Source of the DNA: Octopus vulgaris
Taxonomy: Eukaryota
Reading direction: 5' to 3'
DNA length: 64,000 nucleotides
NCBI GenBank assembly: GCA_951406725.2
Contig: OX597818.1
Location: 14,260,001 to 14,324,000 of the forward strand
Shown: piece after piece, positions 42,654 through 53,479 of the stretch
Numbering within the stretch: position 1 is the stretch's first letter
Layout of the letters: each line of letters starts with the position of its first letter
Program-made: the position numbers and the translations under genes
Notes under the pieces: generated by a model
Told to the model about the DNA's origin: nothing
What the model saw: the letters and a program-made list of their open reading frames with translations, nothing else
Database searches by the model: none

Positions 42654-42726
42654 CTATCCGCGTGGGACTCGAGCCCACATCCCTTTGTTAAAGCGACTAA
42701 GTGTATTACCTTTACACCAGCGAATT
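42654..42726 (-). pseudogene. tRNA-like sequence (pseudo-tRNA) in array unit
   Basis: Acceptor aattcgc/gcggata, D-stem gtgt/atac, T-arm gtggg-ctcgagt-cccac. The anticodon arm is irregular with no U33. Confidence 0.65.
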
Positions 42727-42980
42727 AACCTCCCCCTTTTTATCAAATTTAAGAACTATATTAATTTGTATTTGTTTAATGTAAACAAACTTTCTATATA
42801 TGCTTTCGATGTGAATGCTTCTGTTATACGGCGCTGTATTTTACAATCCTGTAAATAATGGTATTCTTATACAAGCTTATAGCTTATGGCGATCACCGTG
42901 CAATGACTAAGGAAAATAGTCTAATAAAGGGTCATATAAGCCCTCGATAAAAAAAGAAGGCTTTCCTATACGCGTAGGCC

Positions 42981-43129
42981 TCGAACCCACATCCATCGAC
43001 CCACATCCATCGAACCCACAGCACTCTAACCCACAGCCCTCTAACCCACATCCCTCCAACCCACATCCCTCCAACCCACATCCCTCCAACCCACATCCCT
43101 CCAACCCACATCCCTCCAACCCACATCCA
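42981..43129 (+). repeat. 15-bp minisatellite (TCCAACCCACATCCC), 10 copies
   Basis: Directly visible. The unit is the reverse complement of the T-arm/variable region of the tRNA-like unit. Confidence 0.95.
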
Positions 43130-43179
43130 TAAAACAAATACGAACTAATATAGTTCTTAAATTTTAGAGGAGGGAGGAT

Positions 43180-43252
43180 AATTCGCTGGTGTAAAGGTAA
43201 CAAACTTAGTCGCATTAACATAGGGATGTGGGTTCGAGTCCCACACGGATAG
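43180..43252 (+). pseudogene. tRNA-like sequence with intact Pol III A/B boxes and T6 terminator
   Basis: A-box TGGTGTAAAGG at 43187, B-box GGTTCGAGTCC at 43231, T-stem gtggg/cccac, TTTTTT at 43263-43268. The anticodon arm is poorly paired. Confidence 0.7.
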
Positions 43253-43496
43253 GAAAGCCTTCTTTTTTCCTGTCGAAGGTTTATATGCTCCGTTATTAGA
43301 CTATTTTCCTTAGTCATTGCACAGTGATCGCCATAAGCTATAAATTTATATGAAAATACCTTTATTATTTACAGTAATGTAAAATACGGCACCGTATAAC
43401 AAAACCATTCACAACTAAAGTATATATAGAATGTTTGTTTACATAAAACAAATACGAACTAATACAGTTCTTAAATGTAACAAAAAGAGGGAGGCT

Positions 43497-43568
43497 AATT
43501 CGCCGGTGTAAAGGTAACACACTCAGTCATATTAACAAAGGGATGAGGGTTTGAAACCCACGAGGATA
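43497..43568 (+). pseudogene. Third, more diverged tRNA-like copy
   Basis: aattcgccggtgtaaaggtaacacac...gagggtttgaaacccacgagga followed by a T-run. Confidence 0.6.
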
Positions 43569-44329
43569 GGGAAGCCTTCATTTTTTTTCTGTCGAGGGCT
43601 AACATGCCCCGTTATTATACTATTTTCCTTAATCATTGCACCTTAAGCTTATTTAATATATAGATGTATATATGTACGTATGTTTATGTATGTAAATATG
43701 TACACCTGCATTGATGTATAATTGTATTAGGACTCTGCTTAGTTGTATAGATTCAGTTAAGCAGTTGTTAGAACCCAATGTATGTAGATGCAGATATATA
43801 TATATGTATGTATATATATATATGTATGTATACATACATATATATATTGATAGGCGATAGGTATACATAAATATATATGTACATACAACACGTACATATG
43901 TTTATATCTGTGAGTGCTTAAACTTGTGTATGCATGTGTGTGATTATACGCTAGACTCTAATGAGTCGCTGGAGAATGACTCAAAAACTTAATTTTTTGT
44001 CCTGCCCGGGCATACCAAAAAGATAATATACAGGACACAAGGTGTTGCTAGTTACTTTTTAAAGATAAAATCCCTCTCTGACATTTGTACAGTTCTTAGT
44101 AAAAGGGGAAAATAATTTTATTAAAAGTATATAGAGAAAGCATCCTAATGTGTATACACAGGTTTACATTCGTGATAAGCTTAAGTAGATTCTTGAAAAT
44201 TATATTCCGAAGTAAATAAAATTTATCCGAATAGATATATGTAACTTTGTAATACATTGCTATTATATAATCTTTTAATCATATAGTCATTTCCATCTCC
44301 ATGTAGCTGGAATGTTCTTTCAAAAATGT

Positions 44330-44700
44330 GTGCACTTATTTAAAACACATAATTTGACATTTAGTTAGCTTCAGGAAATGTTGGGGTTTCCCAGAATAAG
44401 ATAGTTTTGCCGTTTGCATAATCCACATATGTTCAGATTCACTGATATGTTTAATGTTCAATGCAGCACCATCTTATTTCCATACCCCAAAAGCATCTAG
44501 ATAATTTACCCTTGCATTTCCTTTACAAAGTCTACGAAAAGCGAGGCATCAGGGGAATGCAGGAGTTGAAGCTTACTTTTCACCGTCTTTTAAGGGGTGA
44601 GTTTCATTTGGGATAAGTGAAGGAAGATACGATGTAGCCAAACGCACGACTACAAAAAACCTACTGGTGGAGTTAACCTGAGTGATAGGTTAACTGTTAT
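44330..44700 (-). mobile_element. Very decayed LINE RT fragment (RTE-like)
   Basis: Minus-strand ctcgcttttcgtagactttgtaaagg...gcttttggggtatggaa resembles FVDF.KA..L..YG. Weak. Confidence 0.3.
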
Positions 44701-45677
44701 TTTAGATCAGAAACAGAATCTCAGTTAAGATTCTACAGAGGAACCTGCTCGCGAGTTTCACTCATACAACTTTGGTCAGCACAAGGGTAAGACAGAAGTT
44801 GCCGTGTAGTAGGTTTGATCTAGAAACCACAGTTTTGTGAAGCTAATTTTTGAAACCATACACACATATATTCACCAAGGCAAATAGCATTTGCAGCGAC
44901 TATAAAAATCAGTGTTGAAATACTGGAGTTTAGGCATGCAAGGACTTGGCGAGGAGTATAAATCTGGTCAAACATTGATGTAAATAAATAAAATATATTT
45001 CAATTTTATTATGAAACAGTCAATAGTTAATCATTGTGTGATTTGCTGTTGGCTGTTTGCTTCTTTGTAAGTCTGGCCTACTACAATTATATCACAATTT
45101 TCTCAAATGTCACTATCTTTCTTAAAATATCAGCCTGTCGGTACATTTCCTTGCATCACAATCAGTGACTAATAGCCATTCATAAATACATACCCAGCAA
45201 GTTCATTTGTTAAAAGCACAACGAACTGCAATTTTGAGCGTAATTAGATATAGCACGAACGCCAATTTCCGGAATAAGAGTCGTAAAATAATATTTACCT
45301 GTGGCATGTTTCGCAAATTGAGAAATATATTTGATATGCATATGCGGCTTTTCAGCTATGGTGTTATCTAAGAGACAAAACGGTTTGGTAAATATCTCAG
45401 ATGTTTCTAGGGAGAGTTTATGTCTAAACGGAATCATGTGTATTTGTACTATGTGTTTAATGCTAAATCAGAGATATTAATGCGAAATTTCAAACTGGGG
45501 TGAAATGATGTTTTCTATGGTTAATTACAGAGCTCACTTAGTTTATATGACTTCAGAGGAACATTCAATTTGATTTATAGTTAATTATTTACTTCACATT
45601 CTAAGATCTGTTATGCTATATTTGTTTCAACAGCAATAGTTGTATAATAAATACGTTTATAGTTTTTGTGTCAAGCT

Positions 45678-45679
45678 AT

Positions 45680-45756
<77 letters not shown>

Positions 45757-45793
45757 TATATACATATATATATATATATACATTTATATATAC

Positions 45794-45850
<57 letters not shown>
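45678..45850. repeat. (CATA)n-(TA)n microsatellite
   Basis: Directly visible. Confidence 0.95.
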
Positions 45851-46493
45851 TGTGTATGACTGGGTCTCTTTTGGGGGGAGGTGCATACCCACAAGCACAT
45901 AAACGTGCACACAGTCCTATAGAAATTTCGTACAGCAATCGTTGTATCTATTCACATTAACTCTCACATTCACTGCCGTTTTATGTTTATTTTATAATAC
46001 ATATTATTAGGCATTAAAAACTTGCATATTGTTTGTACTTTCTCTCTTTCTCTCTCTCTCTTTCTCTATCTATCTATCTTTCTCACTGAATATATATATA
46101 TATGTCATTTTAAACACACTATATATATCATTTTAAACACTACTAAAGCTTTCTTACAGTGGAAACACGATAATTCACAAGATTTATATAACGTTTGGCT
46201 CCAAGCTATCCTTTAGTATAAGTGCCCATGGCTGGTCTAATTTTAAAACCAGGACGCGTGTCTGTCAGAAAATACGAGAAAAAACGTGTAGGCTAATGCA
46301 AACAGTCGAAAGAGTAGACAAAGGGTTTAAAGTGTAGACAAAGGAGGAAAACTGAATAAGTAAGAATGAAAGAATAAATAAACGAAAACTCGCTGTCATT
46401 TTGTCCGTAGAAATCATAACTATCCTACCTGGAGTAGAATAATTCAAAGAGTAGGAGGCCATTGCTTGCAAGAGAGCCTTACTGGAGTATGTG

Positions 46494-46900
46494 TGTTGTT
46501 GTTCATCTTCATTATAATGAAACGGTAACCTCTACATACATACATACATATATACATACATACATACATACCTACATACATACATACATACATACATACA
46601 TACATACATACGTACGTACGTATGTATGTATGTTGTTCAACTTCCTTATAATGAAACGGTAATGTCTACATACATACATACATACATATATACGTACGTA
46701 CGTACGTACGTATGTATGTATGCATGTATGCACGTATGTATGTATGTATGTATGTTGTTCATCTTCCTTATGATGAAACGGTACCCTCTACATACATACA
46801 TGCATACATACATACACACAAACATACATACATACGTACGTACGTACATACATATATAGATACATACATACATACACACATACATATATACATTCATTAC
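46494..46900 (+). repeat. Three-copy composite repeat: 38-bp unique core + (CATA)n(CGTA)n(TGTA)n
   Basis: Core tgttgttcatcttccttataatgaaacggtaacctcta at ~46497, 46631 and 46753. Confidence 0.9.
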
Positions 46901-47835
46901 ATGCGGCTTAACATCGATCCAAAATACATTTGAATGTCGCATCATATCCCTTCGGAAATATCTTTTAACAACTAAGTGTGGAAGTGCATTCCTTGGCCAA
47001 GTTTGCATACATGAGGCTGATAACATTACAAGACATGGAAGATAGTTCATTGAGCAACGCGCATTGTCTGATAATCTAGAATACATGCCCAAAGACGTTG
47101 CACGACACTGCCGCAACGTATCATCAGATGAAAGGATGAACCTATATGAGCAGAAGATTATGCATGAATATATTAGTAGAAAGCTCCGTGATGATAGTAA
47201 AATCGATCATCAAAGCAGTTTATCATAGACCAAAAGCCAGATTACCACCTCCTACGTTGAAGGGTATGCGTTTGAAATCTAGGAACAGGAAATATCAACC
47301 AAGTACCTGATGCACAACAGGGATAGAGATGCAGGAAAAGCCGTAAAATGTGACAACCGATGCAGACTTTCTGGAGTTCACACTGAAAATGTAACCCACA
47401 TCATAAGCAGTTGTCCGAAAATGTCATCACGGTATTAATACCGATAAAACATGACGTTGTAGCTAGAACACTCTATAACGAAATCCGTCGGAAGGATAAT
47501 CCCGAGGACAAAGAAATAAGAACCCTTAATGTGGTAGAAGCCATACCTACTCATAATAAACAGGAATACTGGTGGAATGTACCAGTGAAGCCCAAAATAA
47601 AATGTAAGCACAACAGACCTGATATAATGATTTGGAAAAGAGAAGAGAAACTGTGTACAGTTGTGGAAATGAGCTGCCAGAGGATGCTAACGTAAGGCTG
47701 AAGATCAGAGAAAAAGAGAACACCTATGCTGAACTATTGATGAGTCTGCAATTACTCTATCCATATCACAAGTCCAGGTTTATACCTGTAATCATTGGAA
47801 CCCTGGGATATGGAACACACTGTCTAAATACCAAA
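46900..47835 (+). mobile_element. R4/Dong-type LINE 3' fragment (zinc knuckle plus RLE endonuclease)
   Basis: EGYAFEI.EQEISTKYL, CDNRCRL..ENVTHIISSCPKM, KHDVVARTLY, YWWNVPV..HNRPDIMIW..VVEMSC, KEN.YAELL..YP..FIPVIIGTLG. Same family type as 23900-24490. Confidence 0.88.
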
Positions 47836-47839
47836 TGGA

Positions 47840-48745
47840 GAGATTGTGAACAACAGAGTGCAGTTCCTCCACTCCTATTACATGAAAGCCATTTCTTCGA
47901 AATATGTTATGCACAAGTACTCAGCTTTGTCACACAACACGAAAATTGACATACTGATAGCACTTAGGATAATGAAGAAGGTGTCTCCAGCATGCAAACC
48001 CTATGAAACGAAGAAACATGTACAGAACTTCATGTACCGCATGTAATTCTCTAGATATGATCAGAGAGATACGGTTCGACTATACAGGGGTGCTAGAAAG
48101 AAGTTAGATAACATTATATGCAATGAAACCAGTGGTACTTGCCCTAGATACAGAAGCAAAGACTGGAATAGGATACAAAGAACTTGTAACAAAGCAAACA
48201 GGGTGAACACGTGGTATAAAACCGACAAATATCAAGGCGTGATGTTTGTAGAGACCACAGCCCATTGAGAACTAGGCTGTAGATTTAGGAAAGCTCTGAA
48301 GGAGAAAAAATTCAAACTTAAGATTGTTGAAAAGCCAGGGAACTCCATCAGATCACAACTATGTAGGACGTATGGCTTTGAGAATACCATATGCACCAAT
48401 GATAACTGCATGGCATGTAGGAATAGCACTGGCGTTGATTCTAGAACTAGAAATGTAGTCTATAGCATAAGATGCATAGACGATGCTTGTAAAGGCATGA
48501 ATATGACATGCATGGGGGAAACATCTAGGAGCATTGCAGAAAGACTAAATGAACATTAGAAACAATATAACGACAAAAAACGGTCCTAAATACTCTAACA
48601 GCATGCCAAGGACCAACGTGGAAGCAACCTGGGTCACCTTGATATCCGCACTTTATCAAAGCACCCAAAAGACCCAACTCGCAGACAAATACAGGAGTAA
48701 GTCCTCATAAATAAAATATCCCCGGTACTAAATAGGAAATATACA
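47840..48745 (+). mobile_element. Penelope-like element remnant (RT thumb plus GIY-YIG)
   Basis: YYMKAISSKYVMHKYSAL..KIDIL..LRIM thumb. Then KIVEKPG, CTNDNCMAC, RTRNVVYSIRC..C..MGETSRSIAERLNEH and DPTRRQIQE..I..PVLNRK. Confidence 0.85.
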
Positions 48746-49555
48746 TAGTAGATAATCAAACCCCCATATCCACAGTTTATATTTATGTACTGGTAGTATA
48801 TTTAGTGGGCTTTTATGTAGATGTATGTGTGTGAATGTATATGCACATGTCTGTAGGCAAATGGATATGAAACTAAACAGACAGACATACTGACTGATAG
48901 GTACATAGGTAATATCAATCGACAAGCACACATACACACGCATACTCAAATGAAGACTGAAACACATGACTATAAACACTCAATTCACTTCACACAAGGA
49001 CACATGAGGCACACGTCCACACATATGGAGATACACATTCATACATACAGACACAATACATAGTCACAAAAACCCATACACATACAGAAACAAACTCATA
49101 CATACGCACACAAGGAGACAGAGGCAATACACACTCATGCACACACATAAAAACACACAAACACGAATATACAGATTACATGCAAACAGACGTGCTCACA
49201 TACATACATATATGCATACACACACACAAACATACATAAATGCATATACACACTTGCATGCATGCATACATACATACATACATGTGTATGCGCACACACA
49301 CTGACCCACACACATGCGCACAAAAAAAAAGAATGCAGATTGAATAACGGACAAAGTCAACAACTATGGAAAAGGTTGCAAGACGCAACGAAAATTTTAG
49401 AATAAATAAATAAGTAAATGAGTGGAAATTTTACCGGTGAGTGTGTTAAATTATAAGACACTAAAAGAAAATGACTCACCCCAGACACAACAGAATGTGC
49501 CTCAACGCACGAACTCGCATAAAGAATCTTGCAAATCAAATCCCAAAACGAAGCA

Positions 49556-50367
49556 TGTGGATTGTTTTCAAGTACTTTGGTTTTTCTGGGAGCCCCTTTT
49601 AAAGTAGGAATAGCTAAGATTTTTTGACTGCTATTTCTAAACTGTGGTGAAGCAAATCTCTGCCGAACCCTAATTATAAAGTATTACTTAAGCTTACCAT
49701 GAAATGGTCTGTTCCATGCCGAATTCTACTTGGTGAAATTACTGATTACTTCTTAATTAATTAATTTTACCCTTTGTTATTATTGATTATGGAATTCTTC
49801 TCCCTGATAACTAACTAGTTTCACTCTGAAGCATCTTGCTTGGCGACAAGCTAATGGGCGAGGGAGGGTGATGAAATCTCATTCGTATTTTGAATTTGGC
49901 GGCACTAGCACTGAATATGATCTCTCTGATACCATTAGGCGGAGAGATATTCTCTAGTGCCTTCGAATTTAATATTTAATAATTAATATTTCTGAAACCC
50001 CACGCTGATGAGCCGAAAATGATCGCCTAAGGTATAGCTATTTATTCTTTATACTGATCTAATTCCGAAACGCGCGTACATGGGTAACCTAATACCGATT
50101 GATTTTCGTTATTTTTCCCTTTTGCCTGTGTGGATTGTTTTCAAGTACTTTGGTTTTTCTGGGAGCCCTTTTTAAAGTAGAAGGAACAGCTAAGATTTTT
50201 TAACTGCTATTTCTAAACTTCGGTATGTGGTGAAGCAAATCTCTGCCGAACCCTAATTATAAAGTATTACTTAAGATTACCATGAAATGGTCTTTTTCAT
50301 GCCGAATTATACTTGGTGAAATTACTGATTACTTCTTAATTAATTAATTTTACCCTTTGTTATTATT
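49556..50367 (+). mobile_element. Partial tandem repeat (period ~572 bp) carrying a hammerhead ribozyme; PLE pLTR or retrozyme-like
   Basis: 49556-49785 is duplicated with high identity at 50128-50367. A hammerhead motif lies in the intervening part. Confidence 0.85.
49999..50084 (+). ncRNA. Minimal type I hammerhead ribozyme (canonical core)
   Basis: Stem I cccacg/catggg (1 mismatch), CTGATGA at 50005-50011, long degenerate stem II, GAAA at 50067-50070, C-GCGC-GT palindromic stem III, GUA cleavage triplet ending at 50078. Confidence 0.75.
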
Positions 50368-50481
50368 ATTATATATATACCGGAGTAAACACATAAATAT
50401 AAAACAAGGTGGTAAAAAGTACTCAAATACCAGGGGTAGAGTAATATGCTTTATTTAAAAGCAGCAGAAATTCAACAAAAC

Positions 50482-50519
50482 CTGTTACTCGGAGTTTCAC
50501 GTTCCCGTTCGTCGGACAG
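50482..50519 (-). ncRNA. Hammerhead-like motif with U4C variant core
   Basis: Minus strand reads ctgt-CCGACGA-acg ggaa cgt-GAA-actc c gagt-A-acag. Stems I, II and III are all paired, with a GUA site. Confidence 0.62.
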
Positions 50520-50635
50520 TTTTGACAAAACTGTCCGACGAACGAAAACATGAAACTCCAAACCTACCAATTTACTTAGCCCTGTGCTATAACGTTTACT
50601 GTTATCCCTAAAGTATATATATATATATATATACG

Positions 50636-50676
<41 letters not shown>

Positions 50677-50810
50677 AGTAGTTGAATGAATTATCTTGTT
50701 TGGATAATTCGGTTAACCGATACCTGGGTAGCAAATTCACATCAGAGAAGACACGTTTGAAGTTACGTGCTTTCGTGTGGAAATTTGTATGTTTTTTATT
50801 TATATTTATA

Positions 50811-50874
<64 letters not shown>

Positions 50875-50894
50875 CATGCATATATATAGAAATG

Positions 50895-51812
50895 TATATA
50901 CCTATATAAAATGTTCGGAGAAAAGAAGGGTAAAGATACCGCTTCCTAAATATCAAAGCAAAAGCTTCAAAAAGCCATTAATTCTACGATAAATCTACAC
51001 ACGAGCAATGTAATGAATATTTTCAAAAATACTCCTACCTTCAGATAATATATATCCAAATATCAATTGATTTCATGCTGTGCATGAGAAACATGCTCTG
51101 CAATCCTAAGCAGGAAATAGTATTTGACATCTATTTCTAAAATATTCATTACAACAACTGGCGTGTGTTTCTAACTTTAAACGTACCACTCCGTTCAAAG
51201 ACAAAACTATCGTAAACAATAAAAAAGTAAATATGTGAAGCATTATTACTGTTAAAAATAAGACTTCTACCTATACAGGTATAATATAAGATATTTGAAG
51301 AAAAGAATATTTTATAAATAGATAGCAAATACTATTTCCAACTCAGGATTGCAGAGCATATTTCTCATGTTGGTAAAATCACTTATAAGAGCTAAAGGTT
51401 TGTTTCTGCCAGTGCTTAAATTTGAAAGATCGCTCTATAAGTGTGTTAAGGTGATTCTTAGAGAAGAGAATATGGAAGAGTTCAGAGTTGCAAATATTAC
51501 AAAATCATTTACCCTTGTCATAAGGGAAAGAGATGGACAGGATATCACTTAATATTGGAATATGTATTAGCTGCTTCATATTGCATCCTGAAGGTAGGAC
51601 TATTTTTGAAAATATTCATTACATTCCTCGTGTGTGCTTTTATCGTAGAACTGGTTGCTTTTTTGAGGTTTTTGCTTTGATTTGTATCAAGCGGTATTTT
51701 TACCCTTCTTTTCTTCAAATATTTTATATTATACCCGTATAGGTAGAAGTCTTCCTAGCCACCTCATTATTACTGTTCTTCACAGTAATAATACTTCTCG
51801 TATATACTTTTT
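50895..51812. mobile_element. Rearranged PLE GIY-YIG fragments in both orientations
   Basis: Minus strand: [18 protein letters not shown] and ILSISFPYDKGK*FCNICNSE..IL..LN (PLE endonuclease C-terminus). 50910-51045 and 51085-51147 are reverse complements of 51585-51725 and 51305-51368. Confidence 0.75.
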
Positions 51813-51814
51813 TA

Positions 51815-52067
<253 letters not shown>

Positions 52068-52093
52068 TTTCTCTCCTCGTTTTATCTATGTCC

Positions 52094-52129
52094 CTTTCTG
52101 TAGAAGAGCGTAGGCTCGAAACGTAAAAG
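52094..52129 (+). ncRNA. Hammerhead-like motif with A6U variant core, in a ~155-bp module (52066-52220) embedded in (TA)n
   Basis: cttt-CTGTAGA-A-gagc gtag gctc-GAAAC-GTA-aaag. Confidence 0.55.
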
Positions 52130-52223
52130 ACTTTCTATTCCTGAGCGTTATACTAATACATCTGTTTGTTTTGTACACCACCTGTCTTCGTCTTTTGTTT
52201 TTTTCGTAAACTCTCCCTCTATA

Positions 52224-52269
<46 letters not shown>

Positions 52270-52271
52270 TA

Positions 52272-53350
52272 CATTTATAAAATTCTGCCTTGTCGTTAAA
52301 AATGTCAACATTGGCTGATAGTTTAGACAATCTAACTGAAATATTTTTAACTAATGTATGGACTAATATATTTGAGATTGGTGGAAGGTTTGTGGTACGG
52401 GAAGTATGAATTATTGTGCAAATTAAGAGTAATATTTAAGAAGTTAGCTTTAGTTATCCCATCGTCAAAAACGATGTGAAAGCCCTTTCTACGAAAAAAC
52501 CTAACTAACCTATTCTTAACCTTCTGTATTTTTTTATTGGAAATGTTTTGGAGGTAAAGCAAACAATAATCACGATATAGACCTCCACATGGTCAGCCAT
52601 CTCATGAAGTATAAATATGCCGACTAAATCCGCAATTTGAGCAGAATCTGAACTTCCTATTGGGACATCGAACGCGTTGGGGGCATCCTTCCGGACCCAC
52701 AACTTGTTATCAAACTTACTGATTGATTTTCTGGCAGCCAGTACCACATTAATTTCCACTCTAGAGAGACCCGCTTTATTATGTGCATGCCAGAGTAGCT
52801 TATTGATTATATTAGGGTTGATTGATAGTTAAAAGCTAGATATATCAAACTGAATAAATTTAGTGTTAACCTTATTAGCAATGGAAGTAAACAAATCTAC
52901 AACTTGAAAAGAATTAAACCATAAGCTAAGTTCTAATTTATTGATTAATGTAGGGATGTACTTATCTAAGATGTATTTACTAAGTATACCGATGTCTGAG
53001 CTGGAAGGACATATAAGCCGTAAGGATGGGTTATTATAAAAGTTTTGTTAGTGGAAATCTACTTCCAAACCTTTGAACATTTTTGCAACCAATATATCCC
53101 TTTTATTTGTTCTCTACTTATTATTTCTCTACTCTTTCTCTTCCTATGGTCTGCCTTTGACGTCAGATTTACTAACGTTTTTTTTTTTAAATACTTAATA
53201 GCGTTCTGTTTATCATTTATACAGTCATCAAAATTGTTATAATGTCTTGTTGTTGAGATAGGTTCTCTTATTTTCCTGATAAGAAGATTACATTATTATA
53301 CACCGTTTATTCCTTTGGAATAAAACCAACGTTGTCTTCGAAACTTATAT
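52272..53350 (-). mobile_element. Penelope-like RT remnant (Naiad-like motif)
   Basis: RLICPSSSDIGILSKYILD, FIQFDISSF, LWVRKD..FDVPIGSSDSAQIADLVGIFIL, GLYRDYCL (YRDD site), NFLNITLNL..YFPYHKP..LKYI. The FDV.MGS.D.A...LVG pattern matches Naiad-type PLEs as I recall them. Confidence 0.85.
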
Positions 53351-53479
53351 CGAAAGTAAAAGAATTTGAATAACACCTGCGTTCAACTCAGGAAATATTT
53401 ATTTATTTTTGATATATATATATACGAGTTTGATATATATACGAGATATATATACTACACACATAAAAACAACACTCAA

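Larger units (their letters stand above)
42530..43641. repeat. Tandem/inverted array of a ~313-bp tRNA-like unit (2 minus copies, 2 plus copies)
   Basis: caatcctgtaaataat at 42532 and 42844 (period 312). ataaaacaaatacgaactaata at 43129 and 43443 (period 314). The left and right halves are reverse complements. Confidence 0.92.

Noticed and set aside
43268-43302. CTGTCGA-GGG..CCC motif in the tRNA-like unit as a hammerhead
   Set aside because: No GAAA follows the stem in any copy (cgtta or cttta instead).
42907-43317. ORF with (GCGLE)n / (MWVGG)n repeats resembling a keratin-associated or structural protein
   Set aside because: It is the translation of the 15-bp minisatellite plus the antisense of the tRNA-like unit.
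46494-46900. CRISPR-like appearance (38-bp repeat x3 with spacers)
   Set aside because: The spacers are microsatellite, the context is eukaryotic and there are no cas genes.
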